From the human T2T-CHM13v2.0 reference genome, Homo sapiens: a DNA stretch of 64,000 nucleotides. Position numbers and translations under genes: made by a program. The stretch lies in the NCBI RefSeq assembly GCF_009914755.1, contig NC_060930.1. The stretch is one strand, 5' to 3'. The notes under the pieces are model-generated. The model was not told the origin of the DNA. It did no database searches and worked only from the letters and a program-made list of their open reading frames with translations. Positions 41,725 to 55,625 of this stretch are shown one piece after another (the first letter of the stretch is position 1; the number at the start of each line of letters is the position of its first letter).

Positions 41725-42015
41725 AGAGAGTCCAGGCTTTGCAGCTGAATAGATTTGGATGGAACATTTCCCAGCTATGTGATTTTGGATAAATTATCTT
41801 CTTTGAGCTTTAGTTTTTTTATGCACAAATTGAGGACTATGATAATTGCATTAGAGTTATTATATAAATAGTTGCTGACTATTTACATAGTCATATGTAT
41901 TGCATATGACTAATGCAGTAAGCACTCATCAACGGTATTTTATTATTATCATTATTATTTTACTATTACTATTTTTCTATTATTTTTATTATTATTTTAC
42001 TATTATGATTATGAT
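41725..42015 (+). mobile_element. MIR followed by a degenerate (TAT)n tail
   Basis: cagctatgtgattttggataaattat...gagctttagtttt...gtaagcactc; ATT repeats at 41940-42015. Confidence 0.7.
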
Positions 42016-42079
42016 TGCCTCAGCATCAGGGATCTTTGAACATAAAGGGGAAAAATGGTAGCACTATTTCACTTTGATA

Positions 42080-42240
42080 TTTCTAGCAAGCTCCTAGGTG
42101 ATGCTGATGGGGCTAATCCATGGACCACACTTTGAAAAGCCAGGTTGAGCCCTTTTGGAATCTCTGGCCGTCCTCCATAACCACAGTTCAACAAGATCTC
42201 CAAGTGAGTCCTATGTAAACCAAAGTGTAAGAAGCACTAA
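42080..42240. mobile_element. MER5-like hAT fragments
   Basis: caagctcctaggtgatgctgatg...ggaccacactttga. Confidence 0.55.
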
Positions 42241-43841
42241 TGTAGGGTACAGATCTTCTGATGCAAGAATTCTTTCTACAAGAGAGACTGTGAGGACAAG
42301 TTTACTTTGTGCTAAACAATAACAATTATGTTAATGGAGGTACATCGTTTTGAGTTTTCTTCTCCTTGTGTCCTGCAGGAAGAAGGATCAGTTGAGGAGG
42401 CAGCTGATGTTACAGAAGAGCTGACCCTCACTCACTGTCACTGAGGCAGCTAAGCTTGACTCCCTTGCTTTTTATAGAATGAGGATTTGAAAACAGCTGG
42501 GCTGCTGTGTTCTTAGAGTGTTACTAGCTAGGCCAAAGTGGATCAGCAGTTACTAGGGTCCCTTTAAGCCTTTCTTGTTGTGGCTTGGTTCATTTTCAAA
42601 GGCAGCAAGTAGAAAAGGTGCCTAGTGCTTCTCCCTGTCCAATGCAGCTAATTGCCCCTCAGTTCTGAGCAAAAGGCATCCCTTGTGCTTTGATGCCTGA
42701 ATGTATGGGAAGGTGCAACTGGTTTACTTGTCTGGGGCCTCTCTGGGAGAGATTTGTAGTCCCAAATTTATCATGGGGGTATGTAAAGGGACATGGGTTG
42801 GAAACAGCAGAGACTATTTTCCCGTCTGAATCTCTGTCCTTAATCGAAAGTAGAATGGTTTCTACCTCACTGTTGGTCAGGCTTTGAGGAAACAGAAATG
42901 GAGAAGTGGGAAAAGCTATGGGAGAATTAAATAAGGGGAGAAAATTCAAAGGAATTTTCTAGCTCCGAAGAGAAATTTAGACCACAAAAAGGAGAATCTT
43001 GGATTCATGCCCCCTGGCTGCATATTATCAGAATAATCTTTGTATTACAGTGGGGTAAGAACGAAACAGGTCTGCTATAGATACTCACTTATCAATCAGG
43101 AGTCAGAGTCTATAAAATAGAGGTGAAGTAAGAAACAGGTTAATAAGAGAACAGTATATCTACAATCTGTCTGGTTCAAATAGCCTCATCCTCTTTTGAG
43201 AAGCCAAATCTACGCTCACTACTCCCCCTGCTGGATCTACAAGAGTAGATTCCCAGATTCATAAACTGCAAATCATTCATTTAACCTGCTCTCTATGAAT
43301 TAAGCACTTGCACTGAAGTACGCAATGCCATTTTGATGGAATGGGGAGAACAAGGCCAACTCTTATATTTCTGACTGTTTATATTGCTAGATAAAAAAGA
43401 AAATCCAGCATAACTTATTTTCCATAGGAAAGAAAAATAAAAGCAAAAGGTCCCAGCTGTAGACACCTTGATAGCATTGATATGTAAGTATTCCTAGAAA
43501 TAATGAATAAGTATTCTGCATGTACTACAGCAGCAAGACTTGCGCAACTTCTCCTCCCCTTTCTCTTTCTGTAAATCTCACAGCAAGGACAGTGAGTGCT
43601 TCCTTCTTTCTCATTGCAAATGGAAATGCTCTCGGCATGCTGGCTTCAATGGCAAGTATTGCATTATTTTAAAAACTTTCAGAGAAAAACAGTAAGAATG
43701 ATTGAACAGCTCACCACGGGCAGGTAAAATCTATTAAAAGCATTTTTATTCTTTATTTCTAAAATAGTTTGTCATAAACATCCCTCCTTAATTCCTCTTT
43801 CCATCTTAATCAGGAAGCTTTTATCATGGGATCATTTTAAA

Positions 43842-44920
43842 AATTTTATTGTGGATAATTTCAAACCTATACAAAAGTGAAAAAGATAGTACCACCCTCC
43901 ACACACTCATCCACCCAGCTTCAACAGTTATTGACACAGGTCCAATCCTCAGTGTCTAACTTTCTCCTGTAGCATTATTTTCAAGTATATATCACACATA
44001 TTATTTCATTAATAAATGTTCTAGTATGTATTCTAAAACATACTAGACTATTATTCATTAATTATATACAGATTAATATATATTTATATATACTGTTATT
44101 ATATATTTATATATTTATATTAATATATAATATATATTTTATATTAATATATTATATTAATTAATATATAATATCTATTATATATAGTTCACTATATAGA
44201 ATGAACATAACTATAATATTATTACTAGACTTAAAATTAACATTTCTTAATATAGAATATCCAGTAAGTGTTCAAATTCTAATGCCCTATGAATCATTGA
44301 TTTTTCATAATTTGTTTGAATTAATTTCAAAGTAAGGTTCACAAATTGTGCCTCATTGATATGTATTTTAAGACATTTTAATCTACACATTTCTTCTCCA
44401 ACTCTCTTTTCTTTGCAATTATTTTTGAGGAAGCCAGATTGTTTGTCCCATAGAATTTCCTTCTTCTGGATTTTACTGATTGCACCTCTGTATATTTTAA
44501 TAAGTTTTTTTTTGTCCTCTGTATATTGGTATTTGAGCCTAGAGGCTTGCCAAATAGGTTGAATTTTTTAAGCAAGATTACTTTATAGGTAGTGGTGTGT
44601 TCGTCTATCAAGAGGTATCAAGAGTCTGATGATTACTCCTTTGTCCTGTTAGCAGCTGTTGATGCTCAATGCCTAAACAATTAATTCATTCATTGTGGGT
44701 TGGAAGATAATGATAGTAATGATATGCTAATTCAATAATTTCTTATGTACTTAATAACTGGACTATTCTACAGAAAAATACTTATGTTTGGTTACCCAGT
44801 GATATAGTTTGTGTAGGAAAGACAAGTTACTAATTTTTACCTTCTATTTACTAATTATCAAAATAATGAGGTGGTTCCCTAAAACCCTCCAAAAGTGACT
44901 AATTAATTTTGTTTCTAATC
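43842..44920 (-). mobile_element. L1MC-like 3' region with an internal AT-rich low-complexity tract (~44050-44225)
   Basis: ttttattgtggataatttcaaacctatacaaaag...cccagcttcaacagttat. Confidence 0.7.
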
Positions 44921-45184
44921 ATGTGTCTTTAAATGACCTTTAAGGTCAGTTTTGGAATAGTTGGGTTTTGACACAATTCACAGGTTTCTACCAATTAATT
45001 ATAAATTTGCTTTTCCATTATTCTTATTCCATTTTTTTCCCTTTTTTACAGTGATATGTATTTTCAACCTTTCATTTGGATAGGTATCTTTTTTCCTTCA
45101 GTGGGAAGTTACCTGTTCCTTCTCCCAAAGCCTTAAATATTTATTTCTATTTTTTCTCTCTCTCACCCAGTCTCAAACATAAAC

Positions 45185-45330
45185 CTACTCATTCATGCAT
45201 TCATTCATTTATTTGTTCATCCATTAAACAATGCCTGTGAGTGCTAACTATGTGCCAGGCATTGTCCTGAAACAGACAAAAATTCCTTTATTATTAAAAT
45301 TATATTGCAATGGGGAGGACAGGAAACATA
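45185..45330 (-). mobile_element. L2 3' terminus
   Basis: (CATT)n followed by gtgctaactatgtgccaggcattgt. Confidence 0.7.
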
Positions 45331-45764
45331 CACAAGATAAAAAAGACCTCCCACTCCTGTTTTTAATGCCATCCTCCCATTTTTGTTCCCCTTTCTTCCC
45401 AACAGCATTGTCATCAGTTTTAAAGCCTTCTGAATTATAATAATGAATGAAGCTATTTTTTTTTGTTTGGAAGTTGGCAAGAAGTTGAGATGCAGGGGAA
45501 TTGGAAGGAAAAGTTTTTTGTTTTTTTTTCTGCAGTTGTGAATGTATAATACTGTGTTTCTTTATGTCGGTATGTTTATACCTAGTTGTGCCTATGTAAT
45601 AACTTGGCCAATGGCTAATCAGGGAGTTTGGGGGGTCAGAAGCCAGGTCCCTGAAAATGGTATTGCAGAACAGAAAGAGACCGGTGATCACTGGTGTGCT
45701 AGATACTCTGGGGACTGGGATACAATTTTTTTGGTATTGTTAATACTTTGTTTCTCTGCCTAAA

Positions 45765-45920
45765 CTAGCATTTCTTAAAATGATGCATATTTGAATTTCC
45801 AGGAAAGCATAAGAACTACTAATGCCCAGGACGTAGATGAATACATCAGAGTTTCTGGGGGATGGGAATGGAGACTGTTCTAAAAGGTCCCCAGGTGATT
45901 CTAATGTGTAACCAGAAATG
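45765..45920. mobile_element. MER5A-like element
   Basis: atcagagtttctgggg...ccccaggtgattctaatgtg. Confidence 0.55.
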
Positions 45921-45981
45921 AAAATGTGAGGCTAAACTTTCTGTTAAGTAATGACCAAATAAAGCAAGTTCTTCAATACTG

Positions 45982-45997
45982 TCATTAGAGGGCAGCA
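45982..45997 (+). promoter_or_regulatory. Candidate CTCF site
   Basis: TCATTAGAGGGCAGCA against CCASYAGRKGGCRSYR, 2 mismatches; motif match only. Confidence 0.4.
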
Positions 45998-46254
45998 CTG
46001 CCCCAAAAATTCAAAAATCTGACCTGTCATCCATGTCTCATTGCACTAGTTTGATAGACATTTTTTTGCATTTTAAATTAAATATCCTACTTTTATAAAA
46101 CTGTACTTGGGTTCCAGAATTATCTAAGCTTTAATTGTACTTTATAATTCTATTAATTTTAAAGTAATAAAAATTTAAACTTTTAAAGTAGTTCTGATTA
46201 TAACAGCAATTTCAACAAATTCAGGTCATTTCAAACTACATTAAAATTTATTTC

Positions 46255-46440
46255 AGTATTTATTTTAACTGATACATATCATTGCACATATTTATGGAGT
46301 ACAGTATGATGTTTTGATACATGTATATATTGTGTAATGGTCAAATCAGGGTTTTCAGCATACTCATATATTTATCATTTTTGTGTGGTTAGAATATTTG
46401 AATTCATCTCTTATAGCTATTTTGAAATACAAAATATTTA
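46255..46440 (-). mobile_element. L1MA 3' end fragment
   Basis: catatttatggagtacagtatgatgttttgatacatgtata...atggtcaaatcaggg. Confidence 0.8.
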
Positions 46441-48689
46441 ACTACATTATTTTAAGCCAACATTATTTGAAACTACAGACGAACAACTCCAAAAACATTA
46501 CCATAATAAATAACATTTCATTTTTGATGAAAATTGGGAGAAATATTTCAAGATTTGGCAAATAGTATTAATTTTTTAAAAAATAACATGAGTTGTCAGC
46601 ATGATTGATTTCCAATCCTAGAGGTTCAAAGTGTACAAAGTTGGACAAGATCAGGAAATAATAGAAAGGAATGTATTTCATAAGCCTGTGTCAGTGTCTG
46701 AGAATAATTTGAAGATGTTTGCTGTACTGATTAGATTCGGCAGATGGGAGAATTCTTGAGTCAATAACCCAGCCTGATTTTATACAAAGATTCTCACTTC
46801 CTGAAAACTTATGAAAGGACATTATATATTTTTAAAGGCTTTACCTCCAGTCTGCATTATATATGAGTGGGGTTCCTATCATAAGATGGCAGAGAATGTA
46901 GTTGATCTAATAAAGATTAGGTTGAAAAAGTGATTATTCCCTAAACCTTTTCAGGGTGGAGAGAGTATGGGTGTCAACTTGGTGGAGTGCTGTTTGAGAA
47001 GTAGCATTAGGTTTACTTAAACATGGATTTTATGGCACCATATGGATCAAATCTTTCTTCCGTCTACTTTCACTTGTTGTCAATACATACGTTTAAAAAG
47101 TAAGAACTCTTCTAAGAACTGAAAAGTCCCACAACAGAAGTCTATTTATCAAGGGCCTCATTTTACAATGAAACTTATCTGTCTCGTTGTTCTGAGTACT
47201 GTAAAAATCTAGTTATTTAAAGAATCAATGCAGCAAACCCAGAAATAGTAACTTTTTTATATTCATATATGTATAGTCATTTGGATATAGAAACCAACTT
47301 TATACACACACGTAAACATACACACATACCCTCACCAATGGACTTTGGGCTTTAATAACATGATGTTTCTATTAAAATTTAAGTTCCATCCACACACTAT
47401 GCCAAAAAGTCTCATTAATGTAAAAATGATCATTCAACAACATAGCCTCAAAATTCACAAACACTGCAGCTTTTTACTCCAGAGGTCCTTATATAGATGG
47501 GCAAGACTTCTCTTCACTGCAGATATTCCACTGCATCCTTGTAAGACTTGAACTAGACATATATAAGATTATAAACTAGTTATACCCACATTTATGTAGT
47601 AGAAATTTGTTTAAAGCACAGTGAGAAAGGCAGCAAAGACCAAAGACACCTCCCCTCTTATAAATAATATTTCTCTTCTTAGGTAAAATAGATTTGTACC
47701 TGATCTTTCTAGCGAAAATACTTTTCATCTCTAAAGATGCCAAACTGCCTGTGTTGTGCTCATTCTTCAGCGTGTATGAATGAAAACAAGATAAAACATG
47801 GTGTTAACAGATAGCAGAAGAGCCTTGCTCGTAATGGTGCAAGGACAATGAGCATTCCTAATCCCATGCTTGGAACACTCTGCTGCCCCCACATCTGCTG
47901 GTCTCCTTTCCTATAGTCATGGGAGCTATTTGGCCATTTTGCTTAAGCGCACACAAGTCAACTGATTCCCCAGTCCCTTTGCCACAGGCCTGCAAGCGTA
48001 GGATGGAAAACAATTTCAACATTCGCTGCTTGGACTGCCGCCCTTAGAAGCACATTTGTTGTTCATACATGGTCTTTTGGCTGCCTTCTTTCCCAGCCAT
48101 CTGTTAAAGGAGACATTGTGCCTGCTCTGATGGGATGGTGCCACTATTTCTAAGAGACTCACAAAGTGTATGTGTCTTAACTACCTGGGCTTTACAAATT
48201 TCAAAGCACATTTACTGATTGGTATTGAATTTTAAAAGCAATGCATAATATTTGTTGGTTTGAAAAAATCATTATTAAAGACTATTTCTTAAAGCAGTTT
48301 TAGGTTAGCAGTAAATTGTGAGGAAGGTTCCCAGATATGCCAAATATCCCTTCCCCTACACATACATTTTAAAACTCTGTAGAGCTGAGAAATAAGTAAG
48401 GGCTACATTCTGTGTCCAGATAACTTGTGAAATTCCCAAAAGAACTATCCAGATCTCCTTTTAGTGGGGGCAGACAATGATATTGAATGCTGCTTTTTCC
48501 ATGATTGAATGCAGGATATAAATACAGCTGTATGCATCACTGCTTTCTCCTTTCATGTGACCAGCTCTGAGAAAACAGTGACTATACACCTGTTATCCTC
48601 TTATCCTCAGGGCTACACATGTCTCATCAATTCACAGAGCTCGTTTATACACTCGGAATAGTTGATTTGTGTATCATTGATTATGCTTC

Positions 48690-49030
48690 AGTCCATGAGA
48701 GCCAAATTTTCATTGGCAAGCCATATTAGCACTGAGAGTTCATGTATGTGGTAATAGATTTGCTCTATGACATTCCCAAGGACTGGGATTGCCTTTCCAA
48801 AGACGGTTGGGTTGAGCTTTTTGTAGCTTTCAGCTTGTACATTTTTGAAGTTTGCCATTTCCCTTTTCAAGTTTCCGATGTGCTTTTCCCCAGATTCCTA
48901 AGCATTCCCAGGCAGAGTCTGAGCCTGTCCCCAGGTCTCTGTCAGGTTTCATCTTTCCACTGGATAGGTCATCATGTTTTGCAGCCAGCTTGTGTATCCT
49001 TCTGCACTTGGCTGATGACCATTTCACATA
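48690..49030 (-). mobile_element. Possible CR1/L3 LINE ORF2 fossil
   Basis: Minus-strand peptides SSAKCRRIH, DRDLGTGSD and KAIPVLGNVIEQI appear in the order of the CR1 motifs FNxxKCKVLH, EKDLGVxVD and KANxxLGxIxRxI. Confidence 0.4.
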
Positions 49031-49732
49031 TTGACATCTGGATCGGAAAGCAAAGCTAATTTGGGAAGCAAGACTAACAAAGCCAGCCAAATACCACCTG
49101 AATGAACTCTAGCACTGACTCAAACAATAAAAATTGTTATTGTGTGTGATTACCACCAAATTTTATCATTTCTAAGTCTTGTTCCTCCAAAATTCCAGTT
49201 AAAGTAATAATTTCTTAACTGAGACTAACACATTAAAAGAATAATCTAAAACCATGTATTTTTTTGGTAAAGGATTACCAAATTTATAGTATTGTGTTCA
49301 TGCTCAGGACTAGATGATTATTATTTATCTTATATAGAAAGTAGAATCTATCATCTTTTTAACAAACAGATGTGGTAGGTGATGAAGATACATTATCTCA
49401 CTTCATCCAGGGGGATTTTGTTCAGGTGATGGGTAGCTGTAAGTGAAGTGGTTGCATATTGTGTGAAGAGCAGTCCTCATGCAGAGTGCCAGGCTAGGCA
49501 GGGAAGATCTAGAAGAGGAGTAACTGGGTGGAAAGGGCAAACAGCAGAGGGAAGTTCTCATGAGCTGAACAGTGGTAATGGGATAGCAAGCAGTGAAATG
49601 AGCTCACTGACCAGTTCAGGAGAGTGTAATAGGCGCCTTGTAACTGAGGATGAGCAATCTGATCTCAGAGCCCCATGCAACAGGAAGCTATGACTGGTTC
49701 TGTGTACTGGGCTAGGGTGTGGTAATCGAGAC

Positions 49733-50113
49733 TACTTATGATCTGTTTGTGTTCCCCCCAAACTAATATGTTAAAGCCCAATCCCCAGTGTAACGGTATT
49801 AAGAAGTGGGGCCTAATCAGGTAATTAGGTCACAAAGAGAGAGCCCTCATGAATGAAATTAATTCCCTTGTAAAAGAGCCCCCAGAGAGGTCACTGTAAC
49901 TTTTTACCATAACTTCACATGTCCCTTCTGCCATGTGAAGTTACAGTGAAAAGACTGCCATTTATGAATCAGGAAATGGGTCCTCACCAGACACGGAGTC
50001 TGCCAGTGCCTTTATCTTGGACTTACCAGTATCCAGAACTGTGAGGAGTGTTTGTTGTTTCTAATCCACCCAGTTTACGGCATTTTGTTATAGCAGTTTG
50101 AATGGATTAAGAC
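49733..50113 (+). mobile_element. MLT1A-like MaLR solo LTR
   Basis: tttgtgttcccccaaaa...gagccctcatgaatg...ccagaactgtgag...tttgttatagcag...taagaca. Confidence 0.85.
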
Positions 50114-50323
50114 ACGAATTAAGGCTTAGGCTGAATGTAGCCTAAAAAATTACATCACAGTGGGACAGAGCCTAGGAAGGCTTACGGCTGATTGCAAACC
50201 TGAGGTGTTCTAGCCTACAAATGGGTAGTTAACTGCCTCTGACAGTGAGCTCTGAGAGAGAAGCACCATGTATATCTTTCTTGTACATCATTACGTTTCC
50301 AGGGTTGAACACAGAACCTAGCA

Positions 50324-51385
50324 CAGTCATATACTGCATAGTGATGTTTTGGTGAACTATGGACCACATAAACAAAGGACTATGGACCACATAACATGAT
50401 AAAAAAGCTGAAAAATTGCTATTGCTTAGTGATGTTGTAGCCATTGTAATATCATAGTACAATGCATCACTCACACGTTTATGGTGATGCTGGTGTAAAT
50501 AAACTTCCTGTGCTGACTTTTTAATAGTTATTTTACAGTGTACCCCTATTTATTAAAAAAAAAAGTTAATTGTAAAACAGCCTCAGGCAGGTCCTTCAGG
50601 AGATATTCCAGAAGGCATAATTGTCTCAGGAGATGACAGCTCTAGGCATGTTTTTGTCCTTGAAGATCTTCCAGAGGGACAGGATGTGGAGGTGGAAGAC
50701 AATAATATTGATTATCCTGACCCTGTGTAGGCCTAGGCTAATGTATGTGTGTGTGCCTTAGTTTTAACAAAAAAAGTTTAGAAAGTTAAAAAAAATTAAT
50801 AAAAAACTTATAAAGTTATAAAGAAAGGAAATGTGTGTTTTAAGCTAAATGTTATTACAAAAAAGTCAAAAAGGTAAATTGAAAAGTTTATAAAGTAAAA
50901 GTCACAGTAAGCTAAGGCATATTTATTATTATTTTTTAAATCTAGTGTAGCCTAAGCAGACAATGTTTATAAAGTCTACAATGATGTACAATAATGTCTT
51001 TCACATTCACTCACCTCTCACTCACTGACTCATTCAAAGCAACTTCCAGTCCTGCAAGCTTCATTCATGGAAAGTGGCCTATACAGGTGTTCCTTTTTCA
51101 TCTTTTAAGGTAAGATAATTTTACCGTACCTTTTCTATGTTTAGTTATGTTTAGGTACACAAATACTTCCCATTGTGTTACACTTGTCTACAGTATTTGG
51201 TACAGTAACATGCTGTACAGATTTGTAGCCTAGGAGCAACATGCTATGTAGCCTCGGTGTGTAGTAGGCTATAGTATCTAGGTTTGCATTAGTGCATTCT
51301 ATGATGTTTGCAAAATGATGAAATTGCCTAATGATGCATTTCTTCTGAGAAATGCATATCCCCATTGCTAATCAGCTCATGACTG
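50324..51385. mobile_element. Tigger3b/Golem-like Tc1-mariner element with both ends, inserted in an L2 3' end
   Basis: TIRs CAGTCAT... and ...ATGACTG; TA at the right flank, CA at the left; internal caggcaggtccttcaggag.tattccagaag. Confidence 0.85.
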
Positions 51386-52210
51386 TATATAGTAGGTGCT
51401 CCATCAATATGGTTGAACAAGTGAGGGAGTAAGAGAAAAGAGTTTTGTGTGATGGTTTGAAGAAAAGAACACTAAGAATTGCAATGGAATGGCTTTTTTT
51501 GTGTGAATGGCAGTTATTATTCCAAAAGTCCTTGGGTTAGGACCAGAGGTAAATTTGCCACAGCTTCAAAAACTTAAACTTCAGGGACCCTTGCTTGCAC
51601 AGTCACTCGTTAGGATCGTGGTAGTGACTTGCTAATGAGTACATGTGTCTTCTGTTCTTGTAAAATTAATAGAAAAGAAAGACATTTTAACAACAATCGA
51701 TAAGACTACTGTCTTTTTCCACTCTTAATTTGTCTGGCTCATGAATACCTTCAAGTCGTAGTATTGAAGTAGCTGGGATCCTTTTTTGAATCTGCCTACA
51801 AGGAAGTTACATTGAGGCTATATTTAGTTTTGGTTTAGCGATTTTCAGTAATTTTTTAAGTGTAGTTAAGTTAGAGGGATACTCATGCCCACAGTTACAA
51901 TTCACCTAGTGTTGTGACAGAAAAGGCCAGGAGCAGAGGAACTCTCAGACAAAACCACCTACTTCCAGAGACAATGTTAAGTGTCTTACTGTGCTAGTAC
52001 CCAAAGAATGTGTGGCAGAGGTGAAACAAGTTTTGAATTGTTTAGAGCTAAAATCTAGTTCCGTGAAATTGTTTTTCTCTTATATCATGTGTAGATTTAG
52101 AAGCCAGGTTGACAGTTCTCACTAACACCTAATCAAAGTGAATTTATTCCCCTTGAGAATGTACTCAGTAATGCAGTATAGAACATTGCAAATTCCAATT
52201 CACTACATGG

Positions 52211-52660
52211 TTTTTGTTTTTTTTTTTTCTTTAAGAGACAAGAACTGGGCACAGTGGCTCATGTCTTAATCCCAGCACTTTGGGAGGCTAAGGCAGGAAG
52301 ATTGCTTGAGGCCAGGGGTTCGAGACCACCCTAGGTAACACAGGGAGACCCTGTCTCAAAACAAGGAGAGAGACAGGGTCTTGCCTTGTTGCCCAGGCTG
52401 GATTGTAGTAGCGTAATCATGGCTCACTGCATCCTCAGCCTCCAAAATGACGCAATTCTCCTCGCTCAGCCTCCTGAGTAGCTGAGACTACAGCGAGTGC
52501 CACCATGCCCAAAGAATTTTTTTAAATTTTTGTAGAGACCAGCAGTTTGAGACTAGCCTATGCTGCCTAGGCTGGTCTCAAACTCCTGGCCTTAAGCAAT
52601 CCTCCTACCTCAGCCTTCCAAAGTGCCGGGATTACAGGCATGAGCCACCACACCCAACCC
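52211..52660 (-). mobile_element. AluJ split by a nested + strand monomer
   Basis: T tail at 52211-52232; body resumes at ~52369 (gagacagggtcttg...) and runs to gagccaccacacccaacc. Confidence 0.9.
52242..52365 (+). mobile_element. FLAM_C-like Alu monomer
   Basis: gggcacagtggctca...gagaccctgtctcaaaacaa, flanked by duplicated AGAGACA. Confidence 0.85.
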
Positions 52661-53666
52661 ATATTTTTTTCCTTTTTGACAAAAGTTTTATAAAATATAA
52701 TTTATCAGGAGTTTTATATCACTAGGTCATAACCTTTTGCCAAGTTACAAATAGGAATATGACTGTACATTAAGTCACATATTTTATGCATCCCAATTAT
52801 TGACATTAAAAAACAAATTTATATAATTCATGGTAGAAGAGAGAATTACCTTTCTACCATGTCTATAAAATATTTTTAGAATTACTGTAATATAATTAGG
52901 TGATAAAAATATGCAGACAAAAATGTAGGAAAGAAGGTATATTAAGTTATATCAGGCAACATACTAAAAATTGTATGTTGTTTTTCTTGGCTTTTATAGT
53001 ATTTGTGATATGTGTCAGCTTTTAGAACTTATAATGGTTAGAATTGCTTTTTTCATGTTGCATATTTGTTTAATTTTATATTCATAATTTTCTATTCTTT
53101 CTCTCTTAAGAGCCCCTCTCCCTAAATTATATAAACTTCGGGATCCATAAAATCTAATTAAAACAGAGGTGGTGAAACTGACATGGAGAGTTTCAAAGAA
53201 AGATAAAGAGAAATGTTTCCATGTATGAGAATAGAAATAATCAGTTCAAGATATTGGATGAGCATATTTAGGAGTAGAATGTAGCAGAGAGATTGAGGAC
53301 AGACCGTGTAAAATTGTGTCTCATTTGCATGCAGGGGAGCCATGACATTGAGGGATTTAAAAAATTAAATTGAATAGATTATAGTGACATTAGTAGAAAG
53401 AAATACTGGTAGATACAGACACAAGTCCGAACCTGAAAGACTTCTATTTCCAGTGGACATTAGCAAGATGTAATCCTAAAGGTGAGATTATCAAGGTAGA
53501 ATGTAAAAGTAAATTCCTGGAAGCTGGGATAGGAAAAAATAATACTGAAAAGAGCTACAGAATATATAAATGAGTTATACATACATTATCTGCTGATAAG
53601 GCACTTTAAAGTGAAAGTAATTTTTTTCTTTAACATTTGTTAATATCAGTACTACTAACCTCCATA

Positions 53667-53669
<3 letters not shown>

Positions 53670-53708
<39 letters not shown>
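53670..53708 (+). repeat. (TAA)n microsatellite, ~13 units, within a MIR fragment
   Basis: Read directly; MIR-like aagtgcttagcatagtgtctggc follows. Confidence 0.95.
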
Positions 53709-53710
<2 letters not shown>

Positions 53711-54589
53711 TCTATTCAGAGGATTTTTTAGGACTCAGATATACATTGAAAGTGCTTAGCATAGTGTCTGGCCTAGAATAAATGCAAAAATTATACATTT
53801 CAACTATGTATTATTAAAGTAAAAATGAAACCAGTTGAAGTCTGTAAGACATAAAGAAAAAAACTTCATGATAGAGCAGGCTTAGTGGATGTTTACAACC
53901 TCATTGGTTATAAATCACCATGCAAGGTAAATATGTGAACATGTATTTAATATTTTATCACTATGAAAAGGTTCATCCTCAAGGAAAGTTTTAAGAGACT
54001 GGAAGGAATACAAATTTAATAAAAGAATTGGCTTAATTGTATTACCTGTTTGAAACAGCAAAGCTTTATATCCACTAATAAGATACCACTTAGTGGCATA
54101 TGATAAAGCTCAAGGAAATTTCACAAAGCCTAGACTGATCTTCCTGATCTTTTTCACTCCTAGACAGTATCTTAAATATATCAAGGACAAACCGTGATAC
54201 ACAGACTATAGAATGGCCATAGAAAACCTCATACACACAGACAACTTACAAAAGCTTCCCAACATGTCTTTTCAATATGCTAAAGTTACAGTTAACAGAG
54301 TCTGCAGAGAGGTAGTTTCCAGTTTTTCTTCATCCTGGTTTTTCATATCAGAAAATCTGAAATATAAGAGAGCTCTAAGACAATCTCTAATACCTTAAGA
54401 ACTAGATAACCAGGCAGCATTACCAAGTTTTTATGGCTTAATTATAACTGTTTCTCATAAACTTTATTTCCAGCCCCTAATTCAACTGAAGGAATCTCCA
54501 TATTTATGTTTTATCATGTGGCTTTAAATTTCCTGCTGAAATAATATTTTATTTAGAGTTGCAATACATCAAGAGACACCTACAGATTT

Positions 54590-55625
<1,036 letters not shown>

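Larger units (their letters stand above)
51545..53156 (+). mobile_element. Arthur1-like hAT-Tip100 element interrupted by Alus
   Basis: Start cagaggtaaattt...cttaaacttcaggg.ccc.tgcttgcac and end aaattatataaacttcggg..ccataaaatct resemble the recalled Arthur1 termini. Confidence 0.65.

Noticed and set aside
44050-44225. AT-rich quasi-palindromic tract
   Set aside because: Degenerate (TA)n expansion inside an L1; self-complementarity is compositional.
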